Source of the DNA: Bacteroidales bacterium
Lineage (GTDB): Bacteria > Bacteroidota > Bacteroidia > Bacteroidales > WCHB1-69
DNA: 64,000 nt
NCBI GenBank assembly: GCA_045116675.1
Contig: JBGUMF010000073.1
Coordinates: 9 to 64,008 of the forward strand
Direction of reading: 5' to 3'
This document shows, one piece after another, positions 17,305-26,256 of this stretch (its first letter is position 1; the number at the start of each line of letters is the position of its first letter). The translations under genes and the position numbers were made by a program. The notes under the pieces are model-generated. The model worked only from the letters and a program-made list of their open reading frames with translations, had not been told where the DNA came from and did not search any database.

Positions 17305-17404
17305 AATTAATTATTTATACGATTTTTATTGTTGTAAAAATTGAAATTTCCATTGTAAAAACGGGAGTGCAAAAGTAGCAAAAAAAGTGATTCGGCCAAA
17401 CCCG

Positions 17405-17839
17405 TTACTGGTGGTTTTTAGGCTCAGCCTTTTTCTCTTGTGGGAAAGCCCTCCGATCAATAGTGAAACCCTCTTTCCCTATTTTATGCATCTCGGGGAC
17501 GGATATCTTCATCGGATAGCCTACCACCTTCACCATAAAATACCCCTTCTTTTTTTTCACTATAATGAAAGGATCCACAATAATGGACGTCTTATATTTT
17601 CGGGCGAAATCAAACAGGGCTTTTTCCTTAGCCTGATCACGATACGCCATATCCGTTTCATTCTGAAGGTATTTGCCTTCAAAAACCTGTTCCTTGTCCA
17701 AACGCACATCCTTATTCATAATCACAATCGCCTTACGCGTCAAACTTACCTCTTCGGTAACATCCTTCTTTTCCTGAGCAAAACAAGATGATAAAAGGCC
17801 CACAAAGAACAATGTCAATAGAATATTTCTTTTCCCCAT
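17405..17839 (-). CDS. Hypothetical lipoprotein
   Basis: MGKRNILLTLFFVGLLSSC lipobox. No family recognised. Confidence 0.5.
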   Translation of the reverse strand: MGKRNILLTLFFVGLLSSCFAQEKKDVTEEVSLTRKAIVIMNKDVRLDKEQVFEGKYLQNETDMAYRDQAKEKALFDFARKYKTSIIVDPFIIVKKKKGYFMVKVVGYPMKISVPEMHKIGKEGFTIDRRAFPQEKKAEPKNHQ

Positions 17840-17878
17840 AATGCAAACCATACTTCAGTTAACAATTAAAATTAATAA

Positions 17879-18583
17879 TTAGATTTCAAGCCAGTGTTTG
17901 AAAATATCCAGGTCCTCTGGGTAGGTCACTTTTCTATTCCTCGAATCACCCGTCACCACCTGGATGGGGACCTCGGGATGGAATCGGGCCACAAGGCCGC
18001 TCTCGTCAGTAGGCATTGCCCCACCCTGCTGGATCAGCTGCAGAAAGCAGTCGTAGAGCAATCCCGCGCGGAAAGCCTGCGGTGTCTGGGCATAATAGAG
18101 GCCCTCGCGCACAAGCGTCTCCTGAAGATGCTGTTCTCCATCCACGCGGATGACCGTGTCGGTGGCCGGGATGGCCGTCACCGCTGCCTCGCCATGCTGC
18201 AAAGCGTCGAGCAGGTCGTCCACAATGCGGGCCGACATGCCCGGGCGGGCGGCATCGTGCAGCAGCAGATGATCGTCCGGGCGGTCCACAAACCACTGCA
18301 CCGCGCTCCACGACGACTGGAAACGCTCGTCGCCACCGGCCAGCACCTGGTTCAGCTTCTCATACCGATTGAACAGATATTCAAGCAGTTCCTGCATCTT
18401 CAGATACTCCTCTGGCAGCACGATTACCATCTCATCGATGTGCGGATGGTTCTGAAACGTCTCCAGGGAATACTCCATCAGCATCTTGTCGTTGACACGG
18501 CAAAACTGCTTCGGGACATCCCCGCCCAGACGCTTGCCCCGTCCGGCAGCCATCAGGATTGCAACATTTTTTGACTTGCCCAT
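17879..18583 (-). CDS. ispD: 2-C-methyl-D-erythritol 4-phosphate cytidylyltransferase
   Basis: The AILMAAGRGKRLGGDVPKQF P-loop-like motif and the 234 aa length fit IspD. Confidence 0.9.
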   Translation of the reverse strand: MGKSKNVAILMAAGRGKRLGGDVPKQFCRVNDKMLMEYSLETFQNHPHIDEMVIVLPEEYLKMQELLEYLFNRYEKLNQVLAGGDERFQSSWSAVQWFVDRPDDHLLLHDAARPGMSARIVDDLLDALQHGEAAVTAIPATDTVIRVDGEQHLQETLVREGLYYAQTPQAFRAGLLYDCFLQLIQQGGAMPTDESGLVARFHPEVPIQVVTGDSRNRKVTYPEDLDIFKHWLEI

Positions 18584-18676
18584 ATTTCAGACTTCCTATT
18601 GAGGGTGCAAAAATACAATTTATTGTACAATCCGCTCGTCATTATTTTCTATTTTTGCCGCCTGAAAAAAAAGACA

Positions 18677-19483
18677 ATGAAACGTTGCGTGATGCGATAT
18701 CGGATATGGATTATCCTGTTCGGCATGATGGCCGTGGTCTCCTGCCGGCAGCAAACGCCATCCCCCGTGAAGATGGAGGTTGCCGTAGCGCCGACGGTGG
18801 CCGACACCGCCGTGGAGAATGCCGCTGAGCCCATTGACGGTTTCTGCCTCCTCACCGATTCCATCCCGGACATCCTGCTGGACATGCGCTATTGCAGCGA
18901 CTACAACTTCGTGGGCACCCGCATCGACGGCTACGAGGAGCCGGTGGCCATCCTGACGACGCAAGCCGCCTCGGCCCTGCGGAAAGTCAGCGACGACCTC
19001 CGCACCCAAGGCTTCCGGCTGAAGATCTACGATGCCTACCGGCCGCAACGCGCCGTGGCGCACTTCCGCCGCTGGGGACAGGATCCGGACGACACGCTCA
19101 TGCGCGCCGACTTCTATCCCGGCCTGAGCAAGCAGCAGATATTCTCCCGCGGGTTTGTGGCCCGCAAGTCCGGGCACTCGCGCGGCTCCACCGTGGACCT
19201 GACCCTCGTACACGCCTCCACGGGCGAGGAGGTGGACATGGGCGGCCCATTCGACTTCTTCGGCGAGCGCTCGCACACATTTTCCGAGCAGATCACCGAA
19301 CAGCAGCGACAGAACCGCTTGCTCCTGCGCAACGCCATGCTCCGCCGCGGCTTCAGGCCCGTGCAAGGCGAATGGTGGCACTTTACCCTCCGCAACGAGC
19401 CCTTCCCCGACACCTATTTCGATTTCCCTGTCTCCCGGCGGCACTTCCAGAATAGGGAACAGGGGACAGGAGTCAGTGATTAG
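18677..19483 (+). CDS. M15 D-alanyl-D-alanine dipeptidase (VanX/DdpX-like), lipoprotein
   Basis: DMRY...NF.G..IDGY; YDAYRP..A; HSRGSTVDLTL; EWWHFTL. Start set at MKRCVMRYRIWIILFGMMAVVSC (18677). Confidence 0.85.
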   Translation: MKRCVMRYRIWIILFGMMAVVSCRQQTPSPVKMEVAVAPTVADTAVENAAEPIDGFCLLTDSIPDILLDMRYCSDYNFVGTRIDGYEEPVAILTTQAASALRKVSDDLRTQGFRLKIYDAYRPQRAVAHFRRWGQDPDDTLMRADFYPGLSKQQIFSRGFVARKSGHSRGSTVDLTLVHASTGEEVDMGGPFDFFGERSHTFSEQITEQQRQNRLLLRNAMLRRGFRPVQGEWWHFTLRNEPFPDTYFDFPVSRRHFQNREQGTGVSD

Positions 19484-19507
19484 TGATCAGTGATTAGTGA
19501 ATAGTAA
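19461..19507. repeat. AGGGGACAGGAGTCAGT + (TGATTAG/TGATCAG)n 3'-end element
   Basis: The 17-mer is shared with 30185-30201 (one mismatch) and is followed by heptamer repeats. It overlaps the last 7 codons and stop codon of the M15 gene. Confidence 0.7.
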
Positions 19508-19509
19508 AA

Positions 19510-19547
19510 GGGATTCAGGATACAATAACCTTGTTTTCCTAAATCCC
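19510..19547. terminator. Hairpin between convergent genes (possible bidirectional terminator)
   Basis: gggattcagga (19510-19520) pairs with tcctaaatccc (19537-19547) at 10 of 11 positions. The flanking T-runs are weak. Confidence 0.4.
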
Positions 19548-19579
19548 CAAATTTCTTAATTTCTTAGTTTCTTAACTCT

Positions 19580-20947
19580 TTACACCGTTTGCTTGGCGTA
19601 ATGCTGGTAGAATTGGATGATGGTTTCGATGCCCTTGTAGAAATGATCTAATCGGTAGTTCTCATTGGGCGAATGGATGGCATCCTCGCCAAGGCCGAAG
19701 CCCATCAGGATGGACTTGATACCCAGCACCTTCTCGAAGGTGGAGATGATGGGAATACTGCCGCCGCTGCGCATCGGGATGGGCAGCTTGCCGTAGGTGT
19801 CCATGTAGGCGGCCTCCGCAGCCTTGTAGGCCGGATGGTCAGTGGGACAGCCGTACGCCTGGCCGCCATGCAGCGGCGTAACCTTTACCTGCACGTATTC
19901 GGGAGCATTCACCTCAAAATAGTTCTTCACCAGTTCGGCAATCTTCTCGTGATCCTGGTCGGGAACGAGACGGCACGATAGTTTGGCATACGCCTTCGAC
20001 GGCAGCACAGTCTTGGAGCCTTCGGCGGTATAGCCACCCCACATGCCGCACAGGTCGAACGTGGGACGGATGCCCACATGCTCGATTTTCGTATAGCCTT
20101 TCTCGCCACGCAACGCCTTCACGCCCAGCGATTTCTTGTATTCTTCCTCATCGTAGGGAGCCATATTGAGCAGCTCGCGCTCGCGGGCGGAGCACTCCAC
20201 CACATCGTCGTAGAAATGCGGGATAGTGATATGATTGTTCTCGTCCATACATTTTGCAATCATCTCGCAAAGGGTGTTCAGCGGGTTGGCCACAGAGCCG
20301 CCGAAAATGCCGGAATGTAAGTCGGCGTTCGGGCCTGTAACCTCAATCTCCCAATATGCCAAGCCACGGAGGCCCGTCGTGATGGAGGGCACATCGGAGG
20401 CAATCATGCTGGTATCGGACACGAGGATAATGTCGGCCTTCACCAGGTCCTTGTATTCCACAATCCATTTGGCCAGACTGGGTGAGCCGATTTCCTCCTC
20501 GCCTTCCAGCATGAACTTCACGTTGCAAGGCAGCGTGTTGGTCTTCATCATGGTCTCGAAAGCCTTGGCATGCATGAACGACTGGCCCTTGTCGTCGTCG
20601 GAGCCACGGCCCCAGATTTTCCCGTCTTTGATAACGGGTTCAAAGGGCTCGGTGTTCCAGAGCTCCACGGGGTCCACGGGCATCACGTCGTAATGGCCAT
20701 ACACGAGGACGGTTTTGGCCTTCGGGTCAATGATTTTCTCGCCATAGACAATGGGGTTGCCTTCGGCGGGCATCACCTCGCACTTGTCGGCACCAGCAGC
20801 CAGGATGAGCTCACGCCAGCGTTCGGCGCAACGGATCATATCTTCTTTATGCTCACTCTGCGAGCTAATGGAGGGGATGCGCAGCAGGGTGAAGAGTTCG
20901 TCTAAAAAACGTTTCTGATTTTCTTCGATGTAATTTTTCGGTTCCAT
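19580..20947 (-). CDS. M20-family dipeptidase
   Basis: LLRIPSIS...VYGHYDVMPVDP...W..PF......G.IWGRGSDDDKG and the 455 aa length fit this family. Confidence 0.8.
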   Translation of the reverse strand: MEPKNYIEENQKRFLDELFTLLRIPSISSQSEHKEDMIRCAERWRELILAAGADKCEVMPAEGNPIVYGEKIIDPKAKTVLVYGHYDVMPVDPVELWNTEPFEPVIKDGKIWGRGSDDDKGQSFMHAKAFETMMKTNTLPCNVKFMLEGEEEIGSPSLAKWIVEYKDLVKADIILVSDTSMIASDVPSITTGLRGLAYWEIEVTGPNADLHSGIFGGSVANPLNTLCEMIAKCMDENNHITIPHFYDDVVECSARERELLNMAPYDEEEYKKSLGVKALRGEKGYTKIEHVGIRPTFDLCGMWGGYTAEGSKTVLPSKAYAKLSCRLVPDQDHEKIAELVKNYFEVNAPEYVQVKVTPLHGGQAYGCPTDHPAYKAAEAAYMDTYGKLPIPMRSGGSIPIISTFEKVLGIKSILMGFGLGEDAIHSPNENYRLDHFYKGIETIIQFYQHYAKQTV

Positions 20948-20996
20948 ATCATTTGGGGTTTAAAATTCAAGGGAGCAAAGATACAAAATAATCAGA

Positions 20997-21026
20997 ATAA
21001 AAAAACGGCTGCATCTTGCAACCGTT
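20997..21026 (-). terminator. Intrinsic terminator downstream of tRNA-Met
   Basis: On the minus strand, aacggttgca-aga-tgcagccgtt forms a 10-bp stem followed by T7. Confidence 0.75.
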
Positions 21027-21035
21027 TTGCTTACG

Positions 21036-21109
21036 TGGTCCCTCTTGGGGTCGAACCAAGGACCTACTGATTATGAGTCAGTTGCTCTAACCAACTGCGC
21101 TAAGGGACC
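21036..21109 (-). tRNA. tRNA with CAT anticodon (elongator Met, or Ile2 if lysidinylated)
   Basis: The reverse complement ggtccct-tagcgcagttggttagagc-aactga-cTCATAa-tcagt...cttgg-ttcgacc-ccaag-agggacc-a folds as a cloverleaf. The anticodon stem lacks the three G-C pairs of initiator tRNA. Confidence 0.85.
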
Positions 21110-21138
21110 CGACTATCATGTAGTCTTGAAAGTGGCGG

Positions 21139-21146
21139 CAAAAATA
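21139..21146 (-). promoter_or_regulatory. -7 box (TATTTTTG on minus strand) for tRNA-Met
   Basis: The reverse complement of caaaaata lies 30 nt upstream of the tRNA 5' end. Confidence 0.5.
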
Positions 21147-21181
21147 CAATTTTTTTTGACACCTCCGCAACAGGCCATCGC

Positions 21182-23068
21182 CTACTGTTTCTTTTTCTTG
21201 GCAGGCTTCAACGGCTCATTGCCGAAAGAATAGGTCACGCCCACCAGCGCATTCACCCCAAAATTGTTGAAATTCAAATATTCGGACGCATACTGGCACC
21301 CGATGTTATTGACCTGTGCGAAAGCGGCGAAATGCTTGGTGATGATGTATTCGAATCCGACACCGAAATTGAGTATCGGCTTGAAGACCTTCTTGCCTTC
21401 CGCATCACGCATGTCATAATCCTTGCGTATGTCATTGACAGTCTGATAACCGGTGATGACGGTGTTGCCCGCCTCATCCACGCCCGTGACCGGCATCAGA
21501 GCCCAACGGTCGAAGCCCACCTTGGCATTGACATCGAAGATGAACTTCTGTTTCAGCACATACTTGCCCTCAAAGCCAATCTCCCATGTGGGCTTGTACC
21601 AGGCGTGCTCCGGATGCTGCGACTTATGATTGAAATAGTAGCCCCAATAGTTGGCGTTCAGATTCAAATACAGATGGTCAATAGCCTCCCAGCTCAAGTT
21701 GGCACACACGTTCAAATGCCCGACTTTCTCGGCATACACAATATCGAACTGGTTCTTCAACAGGCTGTTGGTATCCAACACATAGAAAGGCATATCCTTG
21801 CTGTAAGAGTAACGTGCGGAAAGATGATAGTTGAACTTCTTGAAGAGGTTGCCCTTCACGCCACCATAGATGCTGACTTGCGTCCGGTTGAAGCGGAGAC
21901 TGTCGAGCTGGGGCTTCACATAGGGGTTTTCATAGAGGATGTTCTTCAGGGAGTTGTATTCGGAACGGCCATCCACACCGGCATAGATGCTGAGCAACCC
22001 GCGCACCAGGCCCAGCTGCAACTCGGCGATGGGATAGACCGGGCACTTCAGTTGGTCGTTGGCCATCAATACCGGCACACCCACACCCAACAAGATGTGG
22101 TACTCCTTGATAGTGAAGTTCATGTGCGGACGGAATTCAATCTTGAAGCTGTTGTCAATATTCCGGCTGATCCCGTTCTGCTGGGATCCGGCGTTGTTGA
22201 TGGAGTCGTTCCAATTGTTGTTGTAATATTCTACATTGAAATCCAGCTGATAATGCTGATAACCTGAAATCTTCAGGAAACGCTCGTCATATGCGATGAA
22301 GGATTTCAATCCCACCGTGTGTTCCATATCTTTCCAATAGGTATGGATGAAATCGTAATTCAGCCGCACATCTTCTTTCACCCGTTTGTCCTCAGTCGTG
22401 AAGTTGGAGCGGATGCCCAATTCAGCTTTCAGATGATGGAAGTTGTTGTGGATGCTGTCGCGATACTCCTTCTCAAAGTATGACGGGTCAAAGCCCCAGT
22501 TCCGGTTATAGCCGTACAGGTTGGCCATCTCGTGGTTGTAGCCCAGCGAGGTATATAGCGTGTAGTCTTTGAAGAAACGGTTCAGGAAAAGATGTACGCG
22601 GGTGTCGCTGGTGGGCGCGTAGGCGTACTGCTTCTGCACTTTGCCTATCGGTTCCGCCCACGACGAGAAATGATGGAAGTTCAAGCCGTAGGAGAACTTG
22701 CGGTTCCGGCAGTTGTGCATCGACAGCTCCGCCAGCGGCGTGATGGGATAGCCGAAGCCGAGCTTTATATAATTCCGGTAATATAGCTCGCTGATTTCGG
22801 GATTCAGCTTGGTCACCTTCATCTCGGCGGCGTTGAACGTGACCTCCGGCTTCTGCGGACTGACCGAATAGGTGTATTTCACCTCCTCCTGCATGGTGTC
22901 CACAATGATGGCGGAACGGTTGATTTTGTTGGAGTTGATCAATTTGGGGACATACTGTATCAGCAGATGCGCGGAATCCACCACCTGGGCGCTCATTCCG
23001 AAGGCACAGCAACATAATACGGCCACCACGGCCATTCGTCTTATATTATTATTGTATCTCATAATCAT
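21182..23068 (-). CDS. Putative porin / outer-membrane beta-barrel protein
   Basis: Signal peptide, alternating aromatic-rich beta-strand pattern and a C-terminal ...LVGVTYSFG. It is typically paired with the upstream large TPR protein in Bacteroidetes. Confidence 0.6.
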   Translation of the reverse strand: MIMRYNNNIRRMAVVAVLCCCAFGMSAQVVDSAHLLIQYVPKLINSNKINRSAIIVDTMQEEVKYTYSVSPQKPEVTFNAAEMKVTKLNPEISELYYRNYIKLGFGYPITPLAELSMHNCRNRKFSYGLNFHHFSSWAEPIGKVQKQYAYAPTSDTRVHLFLNRFFKDYTLYTSLGYNHEMANLYGYNRNWGFDPSYFEKEYRDSIHNNFHHLKAELGIRSNFTTEDKRVKEDVRLNYDFIHTYWKDMEHTVGLKSFIAYDERFLKISGYQHYQLDFNVEYYNNNWNDSINNAGSQQNGISRNIDNSFKIEFRPHMNFTIKEYHILLGVGVPVLMANDQLKCPVYPIAELQLGLVRGLLSIYAGVDGRSEYNSLKNILYENPYVKPQLDSLRFNRTQVSIYGGVKGNLFKKFNYHLSARYSYSKDMPFYVLDTNSLLKNQFDIVYAEKVGHLNVCANLSWEAIDHLYLNLNANYWGYYFNHKSQHPEHAWYKPTWEIGFEGKYVLKQKFIFDVNAKVGFDRWALMPVTGVDEAGNTVITGYQTVNDIRKDYDMRDAEGKKVFKPILNFGVGFEYIITKHFAAFAQVNNIGCQYASEYLNFNNFGVNALVGVTYSFGNEPLKPAKKKKQ

Positions 23069-23081
23069 CCGACTTTAAAAA

Positions 23082-26000
23082 TTATTCCTGATTGTTTTCC
23101 AACGCATCCAACTCGGCGATACGGGCCTTGGCCAGGTTGACCAGCTCGTCGCCCTCGTAATTATCGACAATACTCTGGTACGTATGACGGGCCTGGAAAT
23201 AATTGCCTTTGGCTTTGTAGAGGTCGCCATAGAGGATGAATGTTTTTGCATACCAGTACTCGGAGGAATAGTCGCTGCCGAGGATGGCTCGAATTCGGGT
23301 CTCGCAGGCGGACGGATCGTTCTCCTGGTTGAGCGCGATGTCGGCCAGATGGTAGGCGGCCTCGGCGCAGAGGTCGTTGCTGCCGCGCTTCACCAGTCGG
23401 CTATAATAATCCTTGGCCTTGGCATACTCGCCGTTGTACTTGGCGGAATTGCCGGCGATGAGCAGTGCCTCGTTCATCAGGTCGGCGTCCGTCTGGTTGC
23501 TGCTGACAATGTTGGCGGCGGCGTTCAGTGCCTTGGGGTACTCCTTCAGGAAATATGCGCAATGCATCACCCCGTTGTTGGCAAAGACAAGCTCATCTTC
23601 GTCCGACGTGCTCTCTATCAGCTTGTTGAAATAATTCAAGGCGCGGGCATATTCTTTGTTGTTGTAGAGAATGGAGGCTGATTTGTGCAGAGCCGTCACA
23701 TTGTATTCGGTCTTGAAATTCTTGATGATAGCCTCATAGTCGGCGAGGGCCTCCGAGTAGCGGCGCTGTCCGTACTCGCACTCAGCGCGATAGAAGCGGG
23801 CCTTGGCCACAAACGAGCCGTTCGGGAACTGGCGCAGATAGTCGCCGCAGCTCCGTATCGAGGCTTCGCAGTCGCCCCGGTTGTATTTGCTCTCCACCGC
23901 ACGGAAGGCGATGGAATCCTGCCGGTCGGCGGTGATGTTCATGTTCTTGGTGCGCACATAATCGAAGAACTCGCTGGTGTTGCCCTCCTCGGTGTAGATG
24001 TTCTCCAGGTTGGCCAACGCATCCTTGGCCTCCTGCGAGCCGGGATAGGTCTCCACCACATACTTGTACGTGGAGATGGCCATCGGCACGTCATCGCTGT
24101 TCAGGTAGGCCTGGGCCAGACGGGTGTGCGCCTGCCGCACGTATTTGCTCTTCGGGTGGCGGGCGATGAAGTCCTTGTAGGCGGCGATAGCCTGTGCGTA
24201 GTCGTTGCGCGTGTGGTACGTGACCGCCAGGTCGTATTCCGCATCGTCCAGGTAGGCCGACTGGGAATAGTTGTCCGTCAAGCGGTTCAGGGCGGCGATT
24301 TTCTTCGAGTTGTTCTTCTGGTATCCGTAGCATTTCGCCAGCTGGTAGATGGCGTAGTCGGCATTGGACTGGCCCAGATTCTCACACTGGGTGTAATACT
24401 GGATGGCGGAGTTGAGGTCCTGCTGCATGAAGTAGCAGTCGGCCAGCCGTGCGGTGGCATCGGCTTTTTCCGCTGCATCTGACGGGTTGCCGTTCAAGAA
24501 CTCCTTGAAATAACGGGCGGCGTCGCGGTAACGCTTGATTTTCAGCGACGCATAACCCAGCGTATAGTAGGACTGGCGATAGAATTCATTGGAAGAGGCG
24601 TTGGCGGAACGCTGGTAGTTCTGCAGCGTATAGTAAGCGTCGGAGTACTGTTCGTTTCGGTACTGGGTCTCCCCTTTCCAGTACATCGCGCTCAGGTTCA
24701 TATCCTTGTCCACTGGTGCAGACAAGGTTTTCGTCAAGGTCTGTAAGGCCTCTTTGTGGCTGCGGTTGTTGATAAGCTCCAGTGCGCGGAAATAGGTGCA
24801 GCGCTGGTAGGCCTTCAGAATCGCCGGAGTCTTGTTGCTCAGTTTCTCAATGGAGGCAATGGCCGTCTGATAGTTTTTGGTGGAAAGATATAGTTTGGAA
24901 AGGTAGGCCGACACCTCCTCGCTGCGGGAGGAGTGCGGGTAGGTGTTCATATACTCCTGCAGGGCCTGGATGCCGTTGTTGAACGGACTGGTGGAAGTCT
25001 GGCACTGGAGTTTGGCATAGTTGTAAAGAGCATCCTCCTTTATGTCGGCATTGAAATCGTATTTGCTCGCCTCCTTGAAACTCTGGATGGCCAGGTTGTT
25101 CTGGTTGGTCCGGCGGTAGCAGTCGCCAAGCAGATAGTAGCAATTCTGCGTGGTGGCCGTGGGATTCTTGGGGTTGATGGCCTTGGAGAAATTCTCGATG
25201 GCCTTGTCGTACGCCTGGGCGCGGTAGTAGGTGAAACCGGCGGCGAAATAGTCGTTGCTGTCAAGGGTGATCTTGTCGGCAGCCAGCAGCTTGTCGAAAT
25301 TGTCGGCGGCCTGCTCGTACTGGTTGAGGTTATATTGCGAGATGGCCACGCAGCGGAGTGCCTGCAGCTGGGCGGGATCTTTGGAATCAGTGAGCGTCGG
25401 TGCCGTCTCCAACACCTTCTCGTACTGGCCTTCCTTAAAATAAATCTGCGTCAGATACTGGCGCACATCCTCCTTGTATTCCGGATCATCCTTCAGCAGG
25501 AGAAAATCCTCCAACGCTGCCTCATAATGTCCGTTCTGGTAGGCCAGATAGGCCATATAGTAGATGGCGTGCTTCTGATACGGTCCCGACTCCTCACGGG
25601 CCTGGTTGAGATAGAACTTCGCCTTGTCGTAGTCGTTAAGCATGAAATAGCAATACCCTCTTTTGAAGCAGTACTCCGCCCGGTTCTCCGGCTGGATCTC
25701 GTTGTCCATAATCTCCTCGAAATGCGGAATGGCCTTTTTCCAGAGCTTACGGCTGAAATAATAACGGCCCAAATAGAAATGGGCCTCGTTCACATTGGAA
25801 TGCACCGGATAGCGGTCGATGAACGACTGCAACAGGTATGCGGCGTCGGGGTTGTCGAGCTTGGCGGCGCAGATACCCATGTAGAAGAAGGAGTTGGTCT
25901 TGAGGTCCTGCTGCATATCATCCGTTTTCTCAAAGACGTACTTGAAATACTGCTGCGCGGAACCGTATTTCTCGTTCTGGAAAAGATCCATAGCCACCTT

Positions 26001-26108
26001 GTACTCGTACTGCGGGGATTTGTAATTCTCCGTGCGCTGGGCCCATCCGGCCAGCGGCATCCAGCATCCCAGAAGAAACGCGAAGGCTAAAATTCTAAAA
26101 GGTTTCAT
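23082..26108 (-). CDS. Large tetratricopeptide-repeat protein
   Basis: 1008 aa with a signal peptide and many A..Y...G.....A...F TPR-like repeats throughout. Confidence 0.75.
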   Translation of the reverse strand: MKPFRILAFAFLLGCWMPLAGWAQRTENYKSPQYEYKVAMDLFQNEKYGSAQQYFKYVFEKTDDMQQDLKTNSFFYMGICAAKLDNPDAAYLLQSFIDRYPVHSNVNEAHFYLGRYYFSRKLWKKAIPHFEEIMDNEIQPENRAEYCFKRGYCYFMLNDYDKAKFYLNQAREESGPYQKHAIYYMAYLAYQNGHYEAALEDFLLLKDDPEYKEDVRQYLTQIYFKEGQYEKVLETAPTLTDSKDPAQLQALRCVAISQYNLNQYEQAADNFDKLLAADKITLDSNDYFAAGFTYYRAQAYDKAIENFSKAINPKNPTATTQNCYYLLGDCYRRTNQNNLAIQSFKEASKYDFNADIKEDALYNYAKLQCQTSTSPFNNGIQALQEYMNTYPHSSRSEEVSAYLSKLYLSTKNYQTAIASIEKLSNKTPAILKAYQRCTYFRALELINNRSHKEALQTLTKTLSAPVDKDMNLSAMYWKGETQYRNEQYSDAYYTLQNYQRSANASSNEFYRQSYYTLGYASLKIKRYRDAARYFKEFLNGNPSDAAEKADATARLADCYFMQQDLNSAIQYYTQCENLGQSNADYAIYQLAKCYGYQKNNSKKIAALNRLTDNYSQSAYLDDAEYDLAVTYHTRNDYAQAIAAYKDFIARHPKSKYVRQAHTRLAQAYLNSDDVPMAISTYKYVVETYPGSQEAKDALANLENIYTEEGNTSEFFDYVRTKNMNITADRQDSIAFRAVESKYNRGDCEASIRSCGDYLRQFPNGSFVAKARFYRAECEYGQRRYSEALADYEAIIKNFKTEYNVTALHKSASILYNNKEYARALNYFNKLIESTSDEDELVFANNGVMHCAYFLKEYPKALNAAANIVSSNQTDADLMNEALLIAGNSAKYNGEYAKAKDYYSRLVKRGSNDLCAEAAYHLADIALNQENDPSACETRIRAILGSDYSSEYWYAKTFILYGDLYKAKGNYFQARHTYQSIVDNYEGDELVNLAKARIAELDALENNQE

Positions 26109-26256
26109 ATATCAGGCTACTTTTATTTTAGATTATAATAAACGGGCAAATGTAGGAAAAATTATAGGGGCGTTTCCCGCATCGGAAAGAGAATTGTAAA
26201 CATCATTTTCTTAATAAAAACGTTTCTTTTTTTGTATTTTTGCATCCTCATAAAAA

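Noticed and set aside
17305-17404. Possible SAM or cobalamin riboswitches upstream of the PLP-dependent Met/Cys enzyme (17305-17404) and of the PduO-type adenosyltransferase (661-731).
   Set aside because: The leaders are too short and AT-rich to hold the conserved riboswitch cores. Only promoter-like boxes are present.
23082-26108. Calling the 1008-aa TPR protein PorW/SprE of the type IX secretion system.
   Set aside because: The window does contain T9SS-related signals (a CTD cargo protein and DUF4835). However, a large TPR protein paired with a putative porin is also found, as far as I recall, in Bacteroidetes without T9SS. No PorW-specific motif could be recognised by eye.
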